This document shows positions 39,313 to 52,520 of a stretch of DNA of 64,000 nt, in pieces. This DNA is from Octopus sinensis (lineage: Eukaryota): NCBI RefSeq assembly GCF_006345805.1, contig NC_043006.1, positions 97,836,001 to 97,900,000 of the forward strand, in the 5' to 3' direction. The translations under genes and the position numbers were made by a program. Each line of letters begins with the position of its first letter. Positions within the stretch are counted from its first letter, which is position 1. The notes below the pieces were generated by a model that did no database searches, was not told the origin of the DNA, and saw nothing but the letters and a program-made list of their open reading frames with translations.

Positions 39313-39724
39313 ATCAAAGGGAAATGGAAATTAATAGAAATTTTTATTTCCAGTGGCCTAACTTGTAAAAATTTAGTCCAAAGACTATGTATTAGTTATA
39401 AAATACAGTGTACATTTAAGCACATAAGGAATACACTCTTCAACACGATAGAAAGAACAGCTACGTTCCATAACCACAAAATTAGGGATAAAATTCGACA
39501 GGAACGAAATGAAAAAAATAAAAGATTTTACCATCAATTTTCCTGGACCAATTGGTTTGTGATTTTAGTTTAGCAAGTAAATAACATTTACTCGCTAGGT
39601 GAAATCGTTCTCAACAGGTACACCTTAGATTAAATATATAAACACGAGGCGATCAACTATGTGCTTCTTGTTTATACATCCTAATTTTTTCAAAATCTAC
39701 TGCGCAGACGCAGCCCTTCGCCGG

Positions 39725-39776
<52 letters not shown>

Positions 39777-40357
39777 CGAGGCTTCTGCCAACAAAATACT
39801 CCTACAAAACGTTATATGTCCGAAGAAATAGTACACAGGATTTAACAAAACTAGAGGGTAGTTGAACTAAAACCGAAACTGCCGGGTTGCGAATCAGACC
39901 TCTTAATCGCCCAGCTATAGATTTTAAGACCTCGAACGCTTTATCAGCAATCCGTTTTATATATATATATATCACTCCAATTCTTGTAAGTGAGCAGAAT
40001 TAGATACGAGAATGATTTGACTGTTATGTTTAGCACGCAGATGTTATCTCTCTGGATAGAAAAATAATATTTTCATTACGTCATTGAAGTATCATTGTTT
40101 ATTCAAGAGCATACTCTAAGTAAATCCTTTGTCTTTTATTAACTAAATGCATACGATTTTAGCTAAACACAATTATAAAACGTAATTCTAGTTCTTATAT
40201 ATCTAATATACGTTAAATATTTCGACATCATCTGTGTTTCAATTAGTTCCAACTCATTGCTTCAAGCTTCGGTCTTATTCATAATGCTCTCATACTGACA
40301 CTCCTCTATCTTGTTTCTCTATTAGTTAATCCTCCAGCTATACACCTCTCTCTGTCT

Positions 40358-40404
<47 letters not shown>

Positions 40405-40560
40405 TCTCTTTCTTTCTCTGTATTACTCTATCATTCTTATTTTGCCATAGTTCAACAATCTACTTCGTAATTTTCCATAAGAGGTTTATATATGTATATG
40501 TATGTATGCATGTATATGTATACGTATGTATGTATATTATGTATGTATGAATATATATAT

Positions 40561-40617
<57 letters not shown>

Positions 40618-41514
40618 CAGATACATGTATATGCATACTTATCTATATATTTGCATTTATACTCACATGCATACACAGTGTGAGAGAAAGACACAATGAG
40701 ACAGAGATAGAGAGAAAGAGAGGTGCTTTGTCTGTAAATACATGTGTGACTGTGTCCTGTAATGCTATGCATCAATCGATCTGTCTGTGCATTTATGTCT
40801 TTATCTATGTATCTTTACCTATTGTCATTTCACCTTCGATTCCTTTGTAAATCAACATAGTATTGTTTGCAAAGTTTTATAATTCTTCATAAAAATTTCT
40901 TTCAACAAACCCATTCTGTTGAAATAAAATTCAGTATTTCAGGAAACCCATTATAGTAACACTCACAACAGTAAGAAGACTAACCACAATAGAGACAAGT
41001 ACACGATGGACACAAAATCATATGTGACAAGAAAAAAAATGAACTCTGTAATAACAGCACGAACAAGTAAATTCAGTACAAATGAAAACCTAAACAATTA
41101 CAAGAACAAAAATAGCAGTAGCGATATCGGCAGATGTTTGAACGTTTGGACAAACATACACCCAATGCTGACAACAACTTCAGGAAACGTAAAAATGATA
41201 AATGGGAAACACATAAATAAATGACATACATAAATAAGTATATAAATAAATACATGCCAGAATGAAAAGCAGAAGCATGTAGATGAGCGACAAAGTTAAA
41301 AACCCAACAGTCACTTTGGAAATGTTGGAATAAACATAAATTTTAGAAGTAAGATATAATCCACTCGAAACAGGAAAAGAGAATTCTGGTAGTTCTATAT
41401 TTTGCGACATGAACTGGTACGGTTATGGATGCATCTTGCAAGTTCATTATTGGTTAACTGAATGAAAATTAATAATAAATCTTTGAACGAGGTATAAACA
41501 GTAGCTGCACGACA

Positions 41515-41737
41515 ATGTGAAGTATATTTGCCACTTAAATCTAGCTAACCACTAAGGGTGGATTATACTGTAGCTTGTAGCCCAAGGAGAACAACTTCTC
41601 CAGCTGGCTATTGGCTATTGACACACTTTCTGTCAATAGCCAATAGTCACCTGGAGAAGATGTTCTCCTTGGGCTACAAGCTACAATATAATCCACCCTT
41701 AGTAGTAGCACATTTAAGTGGCAAATAGACTTCACAT
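41515..41737. repeat. 223 bp near-perfect hairpin (MITE/fold-back-like)
   Basis: Arms 41515-41623 and 41631-41737 are roughly 90% complementary; 7-nt loop CACTTTC. Confidence 0.9.
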
Positions 41738-42229
41738 GAATGAAAATTGATCTTCCAGAAATAGAAGTCAGATTATACCTATTACCAATTTGAAGAGCAC
41801 AACCAGTGATTTAGGCACCTTTGACGGATTCCTCTCGTATCAGTCCTCTGTGCGTTGAGTTCATGTTCCACCCATATTATCTTTCTCTTTTATCCTTTCT
41901 ATGTCGTTAAAATAAAATTCAACTTCAGAGCGACGGACTGGTACAATTTTACTCGTGTCAATGAAGCTGCCGTACAATATTTCATCCGACGTTTTCCTTT
42001 CTGATTCTGGTTGTAGACTTAAAAAGATCTGACGGTCGATTAAAACCTTCACGCAATCCTTTGCCACCTTCAATGGATTTTCACTCTTGTTGCAGCATTT
42101 TCTGTGTGACTCTCTTTCAGAACACCTCCTGCCGTTCGTCCTACAGTTTTGAAGGCTCTGAAGAAAAAAGTTAGGCCAGGTAGGGAATGACTAATCGTTT
42201 CCTAATAGTCATGAATCAACTGATAAAAT

Positions 42230-42530
42230 TCAGGCACATTGCGTAGGAAATAAAAAAAAATGCCGCAGTGTGGATATTCAATGTTTGAAAACAATAGGTA
42301 AGATAATCGTGCGAGAAAAGTCTTTACCCCTAGGTCTGTCATATCACATCTATGATAGTGATTAACTAACAAAGACACCATCCTTACAATGCCAACCAGT
42401 TTTCGAAGCAACATCATTGTCGTACCTTGAAGGGAGGTTGTCCAATACAACATTAGCAGAGATATATGAACTTGACTACGATTTACAATGTTGATCTTTA
42501 TAGTGAAGAGATTTAACCGGAGTGAACGCA
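42230..42530 (-). mobile_element. Possible degenerate pogo/Tc1-type DDE transposase fragment
   Basis: NVVLDNLPS and, after a frameshift, DMTDLGVKTF resemble LDN.PSH and QP.D.GVI..FK. Weak match. Confidence 0.25.
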
Positions 42531-42704
42531 TCAACACCTATTTATTAGTGGTATACGCACATCCATAAATGCATGCATTATAGAGACATATGTACACATA
42601 AATGTGTATGTATATATATATGCATATATGAGTGTGTGTGGGTGTACACCTTTATACATAGATACCTATATACATACATATATATGTGTATGTGTGCATA
42701 TGTA

Positions 42705-42738
<34 letters not shown>

Positions 42739-42739
<1 letters not shown>

Positions 42740-43578
42740 TAGCAGTATTGCTCGGCTCGTGCGCTCGTGCGTTCTATGCACGCGCGAATTAAGCTAAACT
42801 TGGATGAAGTTCAATCAAAATTCAATTATTTGGGTTTTAAAATCAAGCATTTAATGCCCTCTATTTTTGCGCTTATGTGTTCCATTTCCTCAATAGGAAG
42901 TACGTAGAAGCGTTTCATAAATTTTTATTGATCAAATAATTGCATTGTTGAATTATTCTTTTAGGACAGTATTTCTCAACGGGGATTTCAGGGGAGAGTT
43001 TCAGGGAGTCGCTGGCGATGTATCGTGATGATCAAAAATCCGGCCTGCTAAAATTTGGCTAAAGTGATTCAAACTGCAGACTCAACGCAAAATGGTCACA
43101 TTTAATTCAAAGCGTTAAAAATGTTATGAAAACAATTGGTATGTGTTCACAAAGTCCAAACGATTAATACGAAAAAAACCCTCCAGGCTACATCCAGAAA
43201 ATTCATTTCTTTGCCGAATTTCTACAATGTTTACGGCGATTCGTTTTTATATCTTGATTTTCTTATTGTTCATGCAATTTACGCATGCTTGCATGCGTGG
43301 TGAACACAGTTCACGTCATACAGCTGACTGAGTAAAGTTCACTATTCAATGCATGGGATAAGGCCTAAACAAACACATTATCGATTTTTGCACTTGCGAG
43401 ATGAATTTCGGAACAGAAATAGCGCAGTTCAATTTTCATTCGCCTAAACTTTAAGTGACCCATTTTTGGTGGTTCTACGATTTGTAGGCTAGGAAGAGAT
43501 GTGCCGGGAAGTTAAACACACAGACACACACACACGGATACACACACAGACATACAAGTTTAGTTTTATATATATAGA
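42739..43578 (-). mobile_element. Non-autonomous Helitron-like element (840 bp)
   Basis: Minus strand reads A|TCTATATATATAAAAC ... ATACTG-CTAG|T. Same terminal ATACTGCTAG and similar 5' end as 11204-11598, with unrelated interior. Confidence 0.7.
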
Positions 43579-43584
43579 TATATA

Positions 43585-43615
<31 letters not shown>

Positions 43616-43618
<3 letters not shown>

Positions 43619-43760
43619 ATAATAATATAAGGGAGTATAACTCCAAATTTACAAGGAAGAATTCAATTTATTACTAAATAAAATTTCACATTATAAATAG
43701 ATAAAATATAAATTAGAGATAAACCCACTATTATGCAACTCAAACAGTGACTCTCAAGTA
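43616..43760 (+). repeat. Interspersed AT-rich repeat, homolog of 49530-49686
   Basis: Shares AGGGA..ATAA.TCCAAATTTACA.GGAA and TTAGAGA.AAA.CCACTATT.TGCAA blocks. Confidence 0.7.
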
Positions 43761-44157
43761 TATATGTATCTATATGGGTGTAAATATATATGTATGTAGT
43801 ACACACACACATAGATGTTTTTATTCTATGTATATATATGTATCTATATGGGTGTAAATATATATGTATATATATGTATCTATATGGGTGTAAATATATA
43901 TGTATCCATATGGGTGTAACTATATATATATGTAGTACACACACACATAGATGTTTTTATTCTTTCATTCTTGTACTTGTATATATATATGTATCTATAT
44001 GGGTGTAAATATATATGTATGTAGTACACACATATATATATATATATGTATATATATGTATCTATATGGGTGTAAATATATATGTATGTAGTACACACAC
44101 ACATAGATGTTTTTATTCTTTCATTCTTGTACTTGTTTCAGTCATTTGACTGCGGCC
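43761..44157. repeat. Complex minisatellite (GTATCTATATGGGTGTAAATATATAT subunit) incorporating a SINE A tail
   Basis: The subunit recurs 6-7 times; TTATTCTTTCATTCTTGTACTTGT occurs at ~43956 and ~44113. Confidence 0.85.
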
Positions 44158-44184
44158 ATATATATATATATATATATATCTATA

Positions 44185-44594
44185 CTCTTTTACTCTTTTG
44201 CTTGTTTCAGTCAATTGACTGCGGCCATGCTGGAGCACCGCTTTTAATCGAGCAACTCGACACCGTGACTTATTCTTTGTAAGCCCAGTACTTATTCTAT
44301 CGGTCTCTTTTGCCGAACCGCTAAGTAACGGGGACATAAACATACCAGCGTCGGTTGTCAAGCAATGCTAGGGGGACAAACACAGACACACAAACACACG
44401 CACACAAACACATATATATATACATATATACGACAGGCTTCTTTCAGTTTCCGTCTACTAAATCCACTCACAAGACTTTGGTCGGCCCGAGGCTATAGTA
44501 GAAGACACTTGCCCAAGGTGCCACGCAGTGGGTCTGAACCCGGAAACATGTGGTTGATAAATTAGCTACTTACCACACAGCCATTCCTGCGCCT
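44185..44594 (-). mobile_element. SINE family A, full length
   Basis: Minus head AGGCGCAGGAATGGCTGTGTGG..CCGGGTTCAGACCC. Confidence 0.9.
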
Positions 44595-44620
44595 TATATA
44601 TATTATATATATATATATAC

Positions 44621-44720
<100 letters not shown>

Positions 44721-44739
44721 GTAGATCGCTAGCCAGTAC

Positions 44740-44904
44740 ACATTCTTTATTTTCTCTCCTTGTTATTTTTTCTGTCTTCCTTCCTGTGGAAGAGCGTAGG
44801 GTGGAAACGTTAAAGAATTTTTCTCTTCCGAGTGTTATACTAACACATCTGTTTGTTCTCTACATCACCTGTCTTCGTCTTTTGTTCTTTTGTGAATCCC
44901 CCCC

Positions 44905-44910
<6 letters not shown>
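44740..44910 (+). mobile_element. Solo relic of the PLE 3' terminal repeat with decayed hammerhead-like motif (44779-44816)
   Basis: CTGTGGA-A-GAGC-GTAG-GGTG-GAAA-C-GTT-AAAGA plus downstream CACCTG.CTTCGTCTTTTG align to the reverse complement of 56281-56470. Confidence 0.7.
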
Positions 44911-44938
<28 letters not shown>

Positions 44939-46834
44939 GTGTTTATGCACTTTCGTATGTAGATATATGTGCATATATATTTCCAGTTAAAACTTCCACA
45001 TTAATTATTAGACAATTTTGAATTTCAAACTTTACTTGTTCCTATATACAGGAAAAAAGGAGACAATAGCTTTAGATAAACCCCTCTACAGTTTTTATAA
45101 TATGCTTCTGTTATATGGATTTATAACATCTTTAGCAAACAAAAACAGAATGCTTATAGAATTGATAGAAAGGGGACACTGAATAATCCGCCACAAGGGT
45201 ACCTATTCCTGTAAACCCTTCTGCTGTTAATATAAAATTCGACGCCGATAGAATTAGAACAGAAAAAGTTAATGGGATAAAACTAAATGTCGTAAAAGTC
45301 ATCGCAAAACATTCTATCATTAGCCAATGATCAGAATAACACAAAAGCAGAAATCAAAAGAAGAATCAAAGATATAATTTGATTGAACAGATATGTCGAA
45401 AACACACAATTGAAAATGTAAAACCCGAGCAAATCTGAACATAGTCTTTAACGTTAAACTAAGCTAAATAAATGCATAAAAATATAAAACAGGAAGCATG
45501 TGAAGTAAAATAAAAAGAGAACAAAACTTTCTTAAATCCAGAATTTAGAATAAACTAACTTCCCATGAAGTTGAATGCGTATATGTACGACTGCATTTGC
45601 GTTTGTGAACGAATTGAATAAACTGATTGATGTGGTGTGACTTAATTAATGGGTGTTGGAAATAAATAGAATGCAAATTAGTTGGTGCTTTTGAATGAGG
45701 AAATCTATTGTAATAATGTAAATGGAGTAGATTAGTTGAATAAAAGCTTTATATTGCTTCAGTGTGGATTACTTTGAATGTATGAAAACATAATGGCGAA
45801 CGACTTTGAGCAAGAAAGAGGTTTCTCATAAACTGAGACCAAAACCAGCTTTTGACTTTTCAAAGTTCGTTTAAATTACGCTTTTAGTGCATTTGAGAAA
45901 GTCATAATTGTTGTTTTGTTGGTTTTAGACAGAACCTGTAGTGCGTAGGGATCTCTTCAACTGGAGGTCTAGGGCCGTGTTTCGAGTTCCACATATTCTT
46001 TGATATTATGAAGTTTACCACTTTCCAGAAGTATAGAGAATTCGTGTATAATTAAGAACAAAGCAATTGTCGTTAGAAAATACATCTGCAAATATGTTGG
46101 CAATGTTTCATATTATCAATGTCCATCGTAGAACGAAAAACATGCGAAACAGCAATAGAAATTCAAATTGTTGCGAGGGACATCCTAAACCATCTGTTGT
46201 CTTCTATTCTCTTCTGTTACCCAATGATAATGCACTAAAAATTACTGGATCCGGTCATGTATTTGTGGATATCTAAAATTGAAAAGTAAAGCTTACAGAT
46301 TGCAATAATAGGACAAGTGGACAGTGTTATTGAGAAGATCCTTAGAAGGTAAAACTGAGATGAAGCCATTATGGATTGAAGTAGTCGTCTTACAGAATCC
46401 AAATCAGGTCTTAAAATTACCTTCAATAAGCATCTAGTTACTGCAAGATATATTGAGCTGTCATTGTCGTCCAACTTCTTTGACGTCCGATCAGACAGAT
46501 CTCATGAAATCCAAATAGTATATCGAACGACATATCCGTTCAACTGTAAACTGATCCAAATGTATCAAGTCTCTGACTAACGTAGGATTCTATCGCATAT
46601 TCTGGCAAATAATAATTACGTGAAGTACGGTGTTGTACTTGCGATCTGTAGCGTTCTTCCCAATATTTTTCCTTAATGAAGCTCTGGTAGTTAGGTGATA
46701 AGAATATTGTTCAGAAGACCGTCATTATACATACACATACATACAAATAGACACATGTACATACATATATATGTGTGTATATATGTATATATAGATAGAT
46801 AGCTGTACACCTGTATACATAAATACATACGTAC

Positions 46835-46906
<72 letters not shown>

Positions 46907-47224
46907 CGGCCTAGCTTGTTTACTAATTAACAAATGAGTAGCTTATTGTTATTGTGTAACGCAAAATTAAAAATATGTAGGAATGAAAAGAATAATATCA
47001 TAACGTTGAAAGGATTTATAGGTGTTGATTATGGAAGTGAGAGAATTTCATTAATCGAATAGAAATAATTAGATATAATTAGTTTTGGAATTAGTACGAG
47101 TTACATAGCACTGGGTTAATTTAGGGCTATTGATTTTGCTACGCGGTTTGATGTTTCAGCGTTTTACGTCTTTGCCGAGTTTACTATTTATTCTTTTTTG
47201 CTCTTGGTCTGCTACTATTTGATA

Positions 47225-47390
47225 TTGATTTCCAAATTTAGCACAAGGACACACATTAGGAAAACTGTATAGCTGATAATATCGACTGAATTACTTTACT
47301 GGTACTTTATTTAACCTATTCCGGAAGGATGAAAGCACAGCCACTCTCGACGATACTACAGAATAGAACATAAAGATGCATGCCTAAATC
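47225..47390 (-). mobile_element. Highly degenerate SINE family E
   Basis: CTGGTACTT..GAAGGATGAAAG..CTCGACG..AGAACATAAAGA blocks. Confidence 0.5.
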
Positions 47391-48489
47391 AAAAAGTTAT
47401 TAAACCTATTATATGATATACTAATAAGGATTTTATTTAATGTTGTTTCAATTGCATTCAAAGAGCGTTTTCAGTCCTGTTAGCTTTCCGAGATATCAGT
47501 GGGCCCTATTAGTGCATTGTTCACTATTTCCCATATATCGAATTTAGCCTGTCGTCTATGCAAGGAAAAAGTTGATGTATTAAATTGATAAGCCCCAAGT
47601 AGGTCATCATGCCTCTGTCCTTGTGAGTCAGTGTTGCGAAGATGTTTGTCTCACTCCGATACATTTTATGTTTTTAACTCAACATGTCCATATAGGTATA
47701 TTTTGTATGCCTACAACCAGAGCATCATGTTCTTCAACGTTGATTTTAAACTTTACATGATACATGTATTTTGATTTTAATTAAACACCGCTTCAATTGC
47801 ATTCACGGTGTTTTTTTAAGCCCGGCCAGTTTTCTGTAATAACTAAATGTATTACACGCAGTTTCGTGTATACAGATGCAAGCATTGCCTCTCGGCAACT
47901 GACAGACTTTTGCATAGGATTGAAGGATGAGACGTGTCGATCGTCCTCAGTAAGTCACAACTGCAGCACTCTTCGTCTCGCTCCGGCATTTACTGTTTTT
48001 AACACATATCTGTGAAAAGATTTCGTCACATACACACACACACACACGCATACACAGACGCGCGCGCACACACATGTGCACAGCATATGTAAAATAAAAG
48101 AAGAAAAGTGCACACAGTTCATAGTTTTAATCTATTTTTAATATATTTTATACGTGAAAGTGTATTGTGTTTGTCGAGCGGTTTCACTTTCGCTAATCAT
48201 GGCATTGAAATTACTGTAATTTCGTATTTTCTTAAGAAGATCTTAGTCCATGTTCTGGGAAAGACGTTAGTGAATGAATCGACAAGTAGAAACACATAAG
48301 GGGAGGTAATTAGTGACCGTAATTTCTTCGTGACTATAAATATATATACAAAAACTCAAATGAAAAGTAGTGAAATGAAATATGTACATTGATGGGTATG
48401 TCATCATGTATGAAATTATATACTGAGACCAAACTTGGTCATTCCTTCATATTTAGGCATGTTCTGTATTTTTTGATAAATGAATTTTC

Positions 48490-48810
48490 TTTATCTAAAT
48501 GTTCTTGTACATAAATTGTTTCTTTGCACTGGTAGATGGGGAAAACTGACACGAAGCAGTATCTTCTGTTTAGTGTATGCTATCTGAAGCACATCAGAAG
48601 AAATATCCTCTTTAATTTAGCGAAGAGGATTTACACAATAGAGTCTGATGGAAATACTCGGGACCTCTGTTTTCAAGACCTCAGAACAACAACAGAGAGA
48701 CAATATACACCCTCACTTATAGATGATGAAATTCAGTGTATCAAGAAATTAGGCTTTAAAACACTAAGGAACAAAGCTGTTTCCCAAAATACAAATAGAT
48801 TCCTTTGAGT
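48490..48810 (+). mobile_element. Penelope-like RT thumb fragment
   Basis: KTDTKQYLLFSVCYLKHIRRNILFNLAKRIYTI..RQYTPSLIDD matches PLE K.TD..QYL.F.SCHP.H.K.NIP.NLA.RI.TI..R.YP. Confidence 0.75.
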
Positions 48811-49195
48811 GAACACATAGGGAGAGCACGCCTAAATATTAACGCATAAACGAGTTAGGTCTCAGTATGTATTTTAATTCATAATTACATACACATCACT
48901 GTACATATTTCATCTCACAAGTTTAGCTTTGGGGTTTTTGAATGTTAATTTATCTAACCCCAACAAAAAAATGAGCAATTACCTACCCTGTCCCAAATAA
49001 TAACGATCATCAATTACTTCCCTTAGAATTTTCTACAAGTTGATTCATTCACAACCTTCCTAGAAAGAACATGGACTAAACTCGAAAATACGAAATTACA
49101 ATAATTTCAAGGTCTTGATTAGCAAAGGCGAAGCCAGTCGATAAGCACAATACTCTTTTACATACAATATATATATATATATATATATCCATCAC

Positions 49196-49458
49196 CATCA
49201 CCATCACGTGATCGACCAGTCCATCAGATGTAGTTACACATCGCTGGTCACAATGCGTTCGCATTGTTTTAGCCTTCGAATGACGCCACCTCGCTGGCTA
49301 AGCGAGCAGGCCAACAGAAGAAAGAGTGGTGAAAGAGTACAGCCGGAGCCTCGTGGAGATTTTAGGTGCTTTCGCTCAATAAACACTCTCAACGCCCGGT
49401 CTGAGAATCGAAACCGGGCGAGTCCGCTGCCCTAACCACTAGGCCATTGCACCTCCAC
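49196..49458 (-). mobile_element. SINE family B head with an alternative (CACGTGAT-ending) tail
   Basis: The head matches 5093-5200; the tail TTGGCCTGCTCGCTTAGCC..CATTGTGACCAGCGATGTGTAAC matches 7666-7783. Confidence 0.85.
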
Positions 49459-49474
49459 ATATATATATATATTA

Positions 49475-49522
<48 letters not shown>

Positions 49523-49529
49523 TATATAT

Positions 49530-49750
49530 AATAATAATAAATATTAGGGAATAAATCCAAATTTACAGGGAAAAAATCAGATTTAGGATTAAAATCAATT
49601 TATATTAAAATAAAAAAATTATATAAAATATTATTAGAGACAAAACCACTATTTTGCAAAACAACCAAGGAAAGACTTATCAATACTAAAATTTTATGTA
49701 TTGATTAAGTCTTTCCTGTTTGTTTGCAAAATAGTGGTTTTGTCTCTATA

Positions 49751-49761
<11 letters not shown>
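49530..49761. repeat. AT-rich repeat ending in a 141 bp fold-back (49621-49761)
   Basis: Arms 49621-49686 and 49698-49761; loop TAAAATTTTAT. Confidence 0.85.
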
Positions 49762-49791
<30 letters not shown>

Positions 49792-49814
49792 ATATATATA
49801 TAGATATATATATA

Positions 49815-49854
<40 letters not shown>

Positions 49855-49879
49855 GTATGTAGTACGTATGTATGTATAA

Positions 49880-49918
<39 letters not shown>

Positions 49919-50629
49919 ATATATATGGATGCGTATAAATTCGTTTTCTGATACAGCTTACGCTGACCACATTCAATTTCAACTTCAGCAGCATCTTTAA
50001 TACCAACTTGAATACTGGAGTTGGCTACACCGAAAAAAGAGACAATAAAGAAAAAAGTTATCTGTGTCATGAAAACAAGGAAACATAAGTATACTAAAAC
50101 AAACAAATAAAATATGAAATCGATAAGATCAGCCATCATTAATCATGATGTCTATTCCGCGCTTTCTCTCACACAACCGACTTTTCCATTTTTCTTGTCA
50201 CACATCCCCCATCTTCTATCCTTCTCTTCCTGTAACACTTACAGCAAAATCTTCTCGCATCAGCCTTCAAGTTGTCCCATCGTTTCCTCCTTTATCTTGT
50301 CACATCACCGACACAATCCCCGGCTTCTTTTTTCGCCGCACTTTACATTTCATCGCTCTTCATTCAAACTTAACTCTATTGCCTCAGTCAAGCTCCCACT
50401 CGCTGGAACACCACCACCAACACATTCTGTCTTACACCAATTCCCGCACCAACTTTCTGAAGAGTTTTCCCATCGTTTTCCTTCTGTTTCTAATAATTTG
50501 CCCTTTATCTACCACCAGTCTTTCTGTTCCATATTCTTCGCCTTCTTTTGCAAAGTATTCTTCAAAATATATAAAGCACAACAAACGGTAAAGTGATGCT
50601 CTCTCTCTCTCTCTATGTATGTGTGTGTA

Positions 50630-51197
<568 letters not shown>

Positions 51198-52232
51198 ACC
51201 AAAGCATTCTATAGGGGTTTAGTGGAGGGGAGGTACGACGACGAGCTCGGGGCGAACCTGGACGTCGACGAGGAGTACCTGACCCGCCTGTTCGGGACGA
51301 CTTTCGGGCCAGGGCCCATGGACAACTTCCAGAGATCCCTGGCCTGGCAGTGCTACCGAGAAGCGCTACCCGTTCGGGATAAGCTCTACAGACACGGCTC
51401 GAGAAACACGGGGCCGACCTGCCCGAGATGCGGTCAGAGCGACGAAACCGTTCTGCACGCACTCGTTCAGTGTCCAACAATTTCCGACCTGTGGGCTTAT
51501 GTCGAACAACTGCTCACGTGTGGGACGAGTCGGTTTATCAGCTGAGTCTATCGTCAATATTGTCACGCCTCCTTCCTTCAAACGGGAAGGAAGAGCTATT
51601 TTCATCATCCTTGTGGCTATGGCGAAAGAATGTATCTGGTGGACGCGTCTGAAAGGATTGGAGACAAACACTTTCCTCTCTTGGTCAATCTCTCATCAAC
51701 TTCTTCAAGTACCACTTGAAAAGGAAAGTGAGAGTAGAGAGGCAAGTTTTGTCTAGCGAATGTTTTAAAAAAGATGGGTGAATGTAGCAAGAATGGCACG
51801 TATGAATGACGAAGCCACCTTGAGCATAGTCCTATGAACCCAGAAATCGAAAACAGAGAGTTGCTTATTTGCAAAAAAAAAAAAAAAAAAAAAATAAATA
51901 TAATGTGACTTCATTGACCGAGGTTACCGTGGTCTTTTCCGTAGGCTTTCTTTCCACGGGTAAACCTCACCTGTCCTCCCCTTTACACTTCATATTGACA
52001 TTTCTGTGATAACGATCCCTATTGATCAATTTTTTTTCCTCTCCCCTTTTTTTTTTTTTTTTTTTTTTTTAACCCCCCCTTTTTTTGTCCTCTTTCTCTC
52101 CTTTTACGATCCCTTTGATCGAAACTCCCCTTTCCTTTTTTTTTTTTTTTTTTTTTTAAACCTTCAAAAGAAAAGCTCTACCTTGTAATTTGTTCTATCT
52201 GTGTGCAGCCCTGTGTGGCTAATAAAGAAACA
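51198..52232 (+). mobile_element. 5'-truncated L1/Tx1-clade retrotransposon (ORF2 C-terminal zinc-finger region plus 3' UTR)
   Basis: LAWQCYREALPVRDKLYRHG..CPRCGQSDETVLHALVQC..LW is the zf-RVT motif. Two frameshifts; ORF ends at TGA 51835-51837; AATAAA at 52221, then (TATC)n. Confidence 0.9.
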
Positions 52233-52266
52233 TATCTATCTATATATCTATCTATCTATCTATCTA

Positions 52267-52322
<56 letters not shown>

Positions 52323-52326
52323 TCTA

Positions 52327-52358
<32 letters not shown>

Positions 52359-52433
52359 TCTATCTCTCTATCTATCTATCTATCTAACTATCTATCTATC
52401 TATCTGTCTGTCTGTCTGTCTGTCATCTGTCTG

Positions 52434-52490
<57 letters not shown>

Positions 52491-52520
52491 ATATCTATCT
52501 ATCTATCTATCTATCTATCT
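52233..52520. repeat. (TATC)n/(TGTC)n microsatellite downstream of the Tx1-type element
   Basis: Direct reading. Confidence 0.95.

Noticed and set aside
47925-47965. CTGAGGA..GACACGTC on the minus strand resembling a hammerhead
   Set aside because: GAAA is replaced by GACA, helix II is minimal and helix I cannot form.
50114-50596. Two overlapping 148-160 aa Ser/Phe/His-rich ORFs
   Set aside because: Pyrimidine-rich composition suppresses stops; no domain, and the antisense frames are not convincingly LINE-like.
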